From the NCBI GenBank assembly GCA_021772915.1, contig JAJFLB010000034.1:52631-116630 (forward strand): a stretch of DNA of 64,000 nt, given 5' to 3'. A program made the translations under genes and the position numbers. The notes beneath the pieces were generated by a model. It worked only from the letters and a program-made list of their open reading frames with translations, made no database searches and was not told the origin of the DNA. Source of the DNA: Gammaproteobacteria bacterium (GTDB taxonomy: Bacteria > Pseudomonadota > Gammaproteobacteria > Xanthomonadales > SZUA-36). Every line of letters begins with the position of its first letter. Position 1 is the stretch's first letter. Below are positions 62,649-64,000 of this stretch, in pieces.

Positions 62649-63998
62649 ATGCCTGAATACACAACCCACAAAATCGTTTTAAATCAACGCCATCATTCAT
62701 CCATCCGCGATCAACTGGAAACACAAGCGCACACCCAATATCCTGAAGTCGCCCACCGACTTGCCGGAAAAAGATCCAGGAAAAGTCATCTCGAGGACAA
62801 ACCAAAACGAATCATGCGTTGGCAGGACCGGGTGCTGCTACTGCTTTGTGTCGTGGTCCTGGTATTGATTGTAGTCCGTACAGAAACCGCTGTTGGCGCT
62901 GAAGAAGAGTGGGGATTGCAGCTAAAAAGTGCTAACTCCGAGTACACGCTACTGGCCATTGCAACCGACATAGAGTTGGACATAACGGGTCTGCTGGCGC
63001 GTGTTGAGGTTACACAGAACTTCTTTAATGGCGGTGACCAGTGGGCTGAAGGCGTATACCGCTTCCCCCTACCGCTGGGCGCAGCCGTGGATCGCATGTG
63101 GGTCAGTGTCGGTGAACGCATACTGGAGGGCGAAATTCAGGAAAAAGAAACCGCCAGGCGAATTTATCAACAAGCCACTAATCTAGGCAAGACCGCAACG
63201 CTGGTGGAACAGCAACGCCGCAACCAATTTGTAACCCGGTTAGCCAACATTGGTCCTGGTGAAGTCGTCAAGATCACAATCGCCTACCTGCAAAACATCA
63301 CTTACAGTGATTTCAATTACTCACTGCGCATTCCCATGACCTTTACGCCAAGGTGGACCCCGCCTCAGAACCTGGTGACTCAAATCGTCACTCCACAACA
63401 GCCGGAGCCATTACTGCACACCTCTGCAAACAGCACCGGACATACGCTGAGTCTGAGTGCAAACCTGGTCAGCAGCGTTGAATATGCGACCATTGAAAGT
63501 CATTACCACGACGTGGATATCCGCCGGGTCGATAACGGTTATCGTCTGCAACTGCTTAACCCGTACGAACTGGGCGATCGGGACTTTGAATTGAGTTGGA
63601 CACCGGCGCTCCAGTCAAATCCCAGTGCTTCGTTGACCACCTATAACGACGGTGAGGCCGTATACGCCCAGTTGATGCTGGCACCGCCTGCGGCAAGTTT
63701 TATTGACCCACAGCCGCGGGAAGTCATCATGGTCATAGATACCTCCGGCTCCATGGAAGGGGCTTCGCTCAGGCAGGCAAAGACTGCTTTGTTGCATGCG
63801 TTGCAATCTCTTGGTCCCGATGATTACTTCAATCTGTTGCAGTTTAATTCCACCACAGAGTTGTTATTTGACCGTTCCGTGGCGACCACAGCTGTGGATT
63901 TGCAGGCGGCGGAAGAATATATCAATGAGCTGGTAAGCGGTGGCGGCACTGACATGGCCCCGGCGCTCAGGGCGGCCCTGGGTATGCCTGAAGTCCCC
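62649..63998 (+). CDS. VIT + von Willebrand A domain protein, 3'-partial (marine proteobacterial sortase target-like)
   Basis: Not in the ORF track because it is open at the window end. I translated it by hand from the ATG at 62649 with no stop through 63998. TM/signal LLLLCVVVLVLIVV. VIT block GLLARVEVTQNFFN...YRFPLP...AVDRMWVSVGERILEGEIQEKETARRIYQQA. vWA MIDAS motif VIMVIDTSGSMEG. An alternative start is MRWQDR at 62814. Confidence 0.85.
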   Translation, partial: MPEYTTHKIVLNQRHHSSIRDQLETQAHTQYPEVAHRLAGKRSRKSHLEDKPKRIMRWQDRVLLLLCVVVLVLIVVRTETAVGAEEEWGLQLKSANSEYTLLAIATDIELDITGLLARVEVTQNFFNGGDQWAEGVYRFPLPLGAAVDRMWVSVGERILEGEIQEKETARRIYQQATNLGKTATLVEQQRRNQFVTRLANIGPGEVVKITIAYLQNITYSDFNYSLRIPMTFTPRWTPPQNLVTQIVTPQQPEPLLHTSANSTGHTLSLSANLVSSVEYATIESHYHDVDIRRVDNGYRLQLLNPYELGDRDFELSWTPALQSNPSASLTTYNDGEAVYAQLMLAPPAASFIDPQPREVIMVIDTSGSMEGASLRQAKTALLHALQSLGPDDYFNLLQFNSTTELLFDRSVATTAVDLQAAEEYINELVSGGGTDMAPALRAALGMPEVP

Positions 63999-64000
63999 CA

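Noticed and set aside
1-64000. Search for CRISPR arrays, restriction-modification, toxin-antitoxin or other recognisable anti-phage defence genes
   Set aside because: I saw no short regularly spaced repeats and no nuclease, methylase, helicase or toxin-like products in any frame. Absence is judged by eye only.

Overview
This window reads as a chromosomal segment of a probably marine gammaproteobacterium (mid-50s % GC by eye). Conserved housekeeping blocks (soxBDAG, rplM-rpsI-tRNA-Gln, coq7, trpE and trpGDC) alternate with accessory DNA.

Left to right:
- A Tat-signal ThDP enzyme, then a 1.4-kb ubiX / lpdD-like / DUF120-like cassette bracketed by 131-bp direct repeats.
- A dihaem cytochrome-TPR protein with a divergent two-component system.
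- A visibly low-GC homocysteine S-methyltransferase, soxBDAG and a trans-sulfuration-type PLP enzyme.
- A YtrA-type GntR/ABC module with operator palindromes.
- A locus headed by a MalT-like regulator: a TonB-dependent receptor plus four different amide/metallo-hydrolases.
- A malonyl-CoA-synthetase-like ligase whose 3' end is duplicated about 7.5 kb downstream. The interval is a decayed island holding gene debris (IS3 transposase tail, a citrate-synthase piece fused to a tRNA 3' end, a LytTR piece, a duplicated tetR/CPBP junction) and small regulator, stress and CPBP-protease genes.
- A roughly 940-aa secreted protein with four tandem Cys-pair Ig-like repeats.
- The ribosomal-protein / tRNA / coq7 core.
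- trpGDC and trpE, separated by a 10.9-kb cluster. It encodes five c-type cytochromes (4+4+3+3+11 CxxCH sites plus one CxxxCH), two NHL-repeat lipoproteins, a 654-aa predicted outer-membrane beta-barrel, an exported protein and a membrane-anchored LuxR-type regulator. Tandem FNR/FixK-type boxes sit in front of it.
- At the right end, the histidine kinase, response regulator and VIT-vWA target of what looks like the marine proteobacterial dedicated sortase system. The target ORF runs off the window.

The trpE-trpG cluster is my best candidate for an undescribed system: an outer-membrane or extracellular electron-transfer conduit of non-Mtr, non-Pcc composition.

All calls rest on motif and family recognition by eye. 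No database search, HMM or structure prediction was run.
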